DNA from: Dipteris shenzhenensis
Taxonomy: Eukaryota
DNA: 64,000 nucleotides
Strand: one strand, 5' to 3'
Assembly (NCBI GenBank): GCA_047967505.1
Contig: CM106538.1
Shown here: positions 58,715-64,000 of the stretch, piece after piece
How the letters are laid out: every line of letters starts with the position of its first letter
Position numbering within the stretch: the stretch's first letter is position 1
Notes under the pieces: model-generated
What the model saw: only the letters and a program-made list of their open reading frames with translations
What the model was told of the DNA's origin: nothing
Databases searched by the model: none
Made by a program: the position numbers and the translations under genes

Positions 58715-60745
58715 GTTTTATAAAGTGCTATAAAAGTACTTGTAAGACCTATAAAAGTACTATTAAGTGGCTTTGAAGCACTCTAAAGTGGTCTTGAACC
58801 ACTATTAAGTGATTTTGCAATACTATTCAAGTACTTTGTAAGAGCTACAAAAGTTCTGCTTAGTGCTTCTATGTGGTCCAGAAGAACTAATTAGTCCTTT
58901 TAGCTGGGGTTTTTAATACCTCTGAATCACTTTTATGATACTCTTAATAGCTCTGCAACTCTTTTAGGTGGACTTTCAAGATATACAAGCTATGCAATGT
59001 TTGTTAATGTTTTGTCAATATGGCCCTTAAGGGGTCCCCTTTAGGAGCAAGGGCCATATTGGCAAACACATGATAAATCCTTGTCAATGTGTTTGTCTCA
59101 ATATGGCCCTTGAGTTCCACTAAATTTAAAGTGATACTGAAGTATTTCAAATACTTTAGTGCAACTTGGAAGAACTTCAGTGTCACTTGAAAATACTTAA
59201 AAATACACATGGAAATACTTCAGTTTCACTTGAAAGTAATTTTGTGCCATTTACAATTTTGAAGTATTATTAAATGTGCTAAAGTACTATTATTCAGTGG
59301 TTTTGCAATATTATTAAATGGTGCTAAAGTATTGTTAAGCAATCCATAAGTTTTATAAACTGGTACAGAAGTACTTGTAAGTACTGCAAAAGTACTATTA
59401 AGTGGTCCTAAACCAATATTAAGTGGCTATGTAGTACTATTATTGCAAACACATAATAACTACTTGTCAATGTGTTTGTCAATATGGCCATTCGGTCCTT
59501 CAAATTGGTTTAGATCTACCAAAGGAGTTATAGTTTCTTCTTAGTGATCCATAAGTTCTATTAAGTGGTTCTGTAGTAATATTAAATGGTGCCAAATTAC
59601 TATTAAGTGGTACAGTTGTACTTCTAAGTGCTGCAAAAGTACTATTAAGTGTTCTTGAAGCACTATCAAGTGGTCCTAAACTAGTATTAAGTGGTTCTGA
59701 AGTACTATTATTGGCAAACACATGATAAATCCTTGTCAATGTGTTTGTCAATATGGCCCTTAGGTCATTGAAATTGGTTCATATGCACTTATAAGTGTTC
59801 TAGAGGTCCTATTGACTAGTTTATAAGCAATTCTTAAATGTACTAAGGGACTTATAAGTGCTTCTTAGTGATCTAGAGGTTATACTAAGTGGTTCTGCAA
59901 TATTAATAAATGGTGTTGAAGTACTATTAAGTGGTACAGCAGTACTTGTAAGTGCTACAAAACTACTACTAAGTGGTCCTGAAGCACTATTCAATTGTTC
60001 TGAACCACTATTAAAGTAAAAATTAGTGCTTCTAAGTGGTCCTAGAGTGCTCTTAAGTAGACTTAAAGTAGTATTAAGTGGTTTTGTAGTACCATTAACT
60101 AGTTATTACTACTATTAAGTGGTCTAGAAGTACTATTACTAGTCACTTTCTAGCCCTTTTATTTGTCCTATTATTACAAATGATGAAAGAAGCAAGATGG
60201 GTTTATTAGGTGGCTAGAGTTATCAGCATTCCCAATGGATCTGCTCATTTGAATGGACATGTAACATTGTTTGTCATCCACTTTTCATGTGGATCTCATT
60301 CCATTGGATGTGTTTGATATGAGAAATTGAAGGAGATCAACATGGAAAGTGGACTACCAATGATGTTCAAGTCTCTAAAATTCTCTTTGCCCAAATTGGA
60401 CCAGATCTTTTTTGAAAGAGAGAGTAAAGGAGAACCTACTTCCTGTGTAGTAATGGCAATGCAAAACCAAATGACAAAATCATTGTTGATGTTTAAGATT
60501 TGACCATAAACTAGAAGGCTTGAATTGGAAACGCAAGCTTGATAGTCTAGAAGTACTATTAAGTTGTCCGAAAGCACTATTAAGTGGTTATGAAATAATA
60601 TTAAATAAGCCAAAAGTACTATTAAGTGCTTTTATGTGATTGAAAACATACTATTAAGTGGTCATGAAGCACTATTAATTGGTTTGGAGTACTATTAAAT
60701 AGTTCTAAGGTACCATTAAGTGATTCTTAGTGGTCCAGAGATACT
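58715..60745 (+). repeat. Degenerate 21-bp minisatellite (consensus ~AAGTACTATTAAGTGGTTCTG), interrupted by unique blocks
   Basis: Consecutive 21-mers, e.g. AAGTACTATTAAGTGGCTTTG AAGCACTCTAAAGTGGTCTTG AACCACTATTAAGTGATTTTG. Mirror copies lie at 37140-39060. Confidence 0.85.
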
Positions 60746-62359
60746 ACTATCCAATATTTTTTTTGTGGTAGGTGGAGTTCTTCTAAAGATTCAAGGACCG
60801 CTACCCATACATGAAGATTTCTCAAAGATGCTTTGAGGGCCTGAAGCCCGTCTTTGTGTCCAAATTGAAGGATCGATACACTTGCTACTATGCTTCACAT
60901 GTGCAAATGATTCAATTATATGCGGAAGAAACAATTCGGAATCCATGGGACACTATGCACATGTGCTTGCGGTGTTTGTGACCATGGTATGATAAATTTT
61001 GTGTAAAGCTGCAAATTCTATCTAAAATAGCATCACAACTGTTTGTGAGTCATTACTATGCCCTCAATTATGAATGCATAATGGGACTATGTGCTGAATG
61101 TGGCATAATAAGAATGGTGCTATTCCCTAATGAGATAATAGATAATAACTTGCTCCTCCCTGTGAAGGTCTTTCAAGATATAGAGATAGGAAAACGTGAC
61201 GAAGATGGTGGAAAGAAGAAAAGAAACGATCTTCTAGTGCAACATACGAAATCTCATGATTTTTTATCCTTCTTTACAAAGCACATCAATAGTTTTATTC
61301 AGCACAACTTCATTTGCAAGTGGCATGCTTAACAAGACAGGGATTGTATTGAGAGCTTTGCATGTGATGTTGGTCTTAGTAATTGCCTTTGCTAAGAATT
61401 ATACCTTTAAAGAGCAGAATGAAATGCAGTCCATGCATTGGTACAATTATCAGGTTACCATCTTAGTGCACATAACATATGTGTACACTGGTTCAAACCA
61501 TGTTAGGAAAACTATCCATTTATATATTTCAAATGACAAGACACATGACACCCTCTTTGTGCAACATTGATTTCTTTACATCACCAGTGGCTTAAACATT
61601 AGGGTCTTGCATTGAAACATCATTGGGAGTGGTCGGACAGATGTGCGGCCCAATTCAAAACAAAGCATCCTTTCTACTTTCTTGCCAGGAACTTTAGCCT
61701 AACTCGACTTTGAATGTTATGGAGCTTTCGAGATTTAGGCCATGGAAAAGGAGAACATAATGGAGCTAGAGATTTCATAAATAGAGAGCTTACACATGGA
61801 ACAACTGAAACCAAATGGATGGACTTTGAAGTGTGTGGCTGATGTGGTGAATTTTCTAAGGGCCAAGTTTTTGTGGCAGTGAGGTGAACAAAGTCTTTTA
61901 GGGAATCAAAGAGGATGAAGTACAAAAAGATAACAAGTGGGACTGCAAGTTTGTGGTAGGTCCTCTCGACACGTCTTGCATGGATTCCCCTGCTTGGGCT
62001 TTGTCATGGAGCTCCATTGGACTGGCGTGTTTGTTTTGACACTGAAAAGGTTCCTTTATACTATTCTATCATTTTTCCCTAAGAAGGATGGGAAGCTATC
62101 GAGGTCAGTTTTGAAGGCGCTTAGTAGTTCTTTGATGGTTGTAGTTCCACCAGCATTTTGCATGTCACTATCCTCCACTTGGAATGTGAAGCCCGTTGTC
62201 GGACCAACTTTTGCATTTTCTTTGGTTTGTTCAAGATATTGCATGATGTAGTCTATCTTATTGTTGTCTTCAGGGCTGGCAACTCAAATTCACTAGAAAA
62301 GAGGCGGCTTACTTTAGCAGGGTGAGCACCCACCCTATCTAAAAGTTAACCTGCCTACC

Positions 62360-64000
62360 ATGAATGTTGACAATGGAATACTTAATGAAACAACCAAATG
62401 GTTGTGTTCCTATGTGGTAGTTGGAAACATTCACGGCCCTCGTCCTACCTTGGTGTTCGTAGAGGGATGGGTTGGCAATTTCTGGTCGCACAAAGGACTA
62501 AATGTCACAACCATTCGCTTCCTCAGGAAGGAGTATATGGTTTTTCTGTTTGAGAAGTTCTACAAAGGTACATGGATGATCATGAACCAACCTTGCTCTA
62601 TCCAGATGTGGGAACCCTCCTTTAATCTAGACTTACCTTCGCCTGCCAAAGCACCCATTTGGGTAGAGTTTCCAAACCTTCCGCCGTCGCTCTTCCCATA
62701 GTTGGAAGTGCTTTGTTTCCCTCTTGGCCAGTTTTTTGGATTAGAAACCGAAAGATTCATAAGCCTTATAGGAAATCCACTAGCCTGTGTTCTGATGGAT
62801 TTGTCTATAGATTCTCCCAATGCCATTTGATTGCTGGAGGGCGATAGGTCTGAATTAATACAAAAGGTGTTCTACAAGAATATCCCCAACTCATGTTTCC
62901 TCTGTGGATTGGGTGGACACTTTATAAAAGTCTGTCCTACTCATAGCAATAATGGTAAAAAGAAGCAAGCTAAGAGTAGTAAGGAGCAAGAGGCACTAGA
63001 GAAGACAAGGGTAGAGGAGCCAACTCCTTCACCATAGGAATCAGAGTAAAGAGAGTCAGGTAGAGATAGAAAAGAAAGGTAAACAGATAGAGGAAGAGAG
63101 GACCATTGGAGAGAACATGGAAGACAATTTAGGAGAAGAGGATTTTGTCCCCAAAACATAGGATTTTGAAGCTCAATTAGAGCAAGCTGAACATGAAGCC
63201 ATTTCACAAAGATGAACAGCCTTTTGCTCTAGTGATGGGAAAAAGAACAATTCAACTTGAAAAAAGATTGAATAGCTCCCACCTAGATAACCCAACCAAG
63301 AAGAGTTTAGCAAAAAGAGAAAAGAGGAGGTTGTCTAGAGGCTTTGCGTTATACCCTTAAATGAGCCTGATCAACTTCAAGAATTTGAGGAATAAAAGCT
63401 CCACCCAATGATGAGTCAAAAAATAATTTGTGTCTTTCAGTAAAGATTCAGGGGTTATCTAATGACTTGAAGCCCCTAGTTTTCAAGAGATGGTTGAGGA
63501 CAAACAAGCTTTCCCCCTACTTCTTAGCTCTCCAAGAAGTCAAAGTTGGAGGAGCAAAGCTTCTCTAGCATCTAAAGTAGATCGATGACAAGAGAACATG
63601 GTTCACAAAAAATCATGATGAAGAGAGAGGAGGTGTAGTCATAGGTGTAGCAAATCACCTAGCTCAAGTTGTAGGAAGAGTTATACCGATTTTTGGCAAA
63701 TTCGGGCTTGGGGTGGAATTTGTTCACCCTAATCTCTCGTGCCATGCCTTCTCAGTGTATGCTGCAAATTTGGATAGAGACAGAGCTCTGTTGTGGGAAA
63801 CTTTTCGCTTGGCAGACAATGTGCTTTTACTTGGAGACTTTAATATGGTCGAGAGTAGAATGAAAAGATGGGTAGGGATAGGCAGTGTGATAGAGGCCAT
63901 GAACTGAATACATGGACTCACCTCAAAGAAAGGGTAGAACTGGTTGACATATTTGAAGACACTGCCTTTACTTGGACAAATAACCAAGTAGGACACCTCC
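62360..64000 (+). mobile_element. Decayed L1-type LINE, 5' portion: ORF1 (DUF4283 plus zinc knuckle) and ORF2 endonuclease start (~63410), running off the window
   Basis: ORF1: WEPSF...APIWVEFPNLP and CFLCGLGGHFIKVC. ORF2 EN motifs: ALQEVK, RGGVVI, VYAAN..LW, LLLGDFNMV. In-frame stops present. Confidence 0.88.

Larger units (their letters stand above)
56270..61860 (+). pseudogene. Sola2-like DDD transposase remnant split by a ~3.65-kb intervening sequence (57121-60771)
   Basis: 5' part: ..FWHENTRVPANRKDI..HIIHMLDTMQ (ends 57120). It resumes after a poly-T/TAG acceptor at 60772 with VEFF*RFKDRYPYMKISQRCFEGLKP. Then I(A)FAKNYTF.EQNEMQSMHW..QVTILVH, YISNDKTHD..FVQH, WSDRCAAQFK, GHGKGEHNGA. The 5' start is approximate. 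Confidence 0.6.

Overview
This is repeat-rich eukaryotic DNA from a land plant; a non-seed plant such as a fern or lycophyte is my inference. It has short GT-AG introns, many compound microsatellites and one 100-N scaffold gap (25819-25918). The only intact host gene I can support is a 5-exon OPR3-like 12-oxophytodienoate reductase (minus strand, 28299-26593, 418 aa). It lies in the left arm of a giant inverted duplication (about 19861-34252 vs 39808-54126, ~14.3 kb arms, ~5.5 kb spacer). The right arm carries a frameshifted pseudogene copy (49368-51030) with a duplicated promoter. The rest is decayed mobile DNA: CACTA (TnpD) elements, Copia remnants (one with intact TSD and PBS), LINE fragments, a Sola2-like DDD transposase split by a minisatellite-filled intron, and a spliced RAG1/Transib/Chapaev-like DDE transposase relic whose C-terminal catalytic part is flipped by a 370-bp inversion. 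A ~4.7 kb array of palindromic ~700-bp units and several further inverted repeats make inverted rearrangement the main theme of the window. All alignments were done by eye. Repeat boundaries are approximate unless a junction is quoted.
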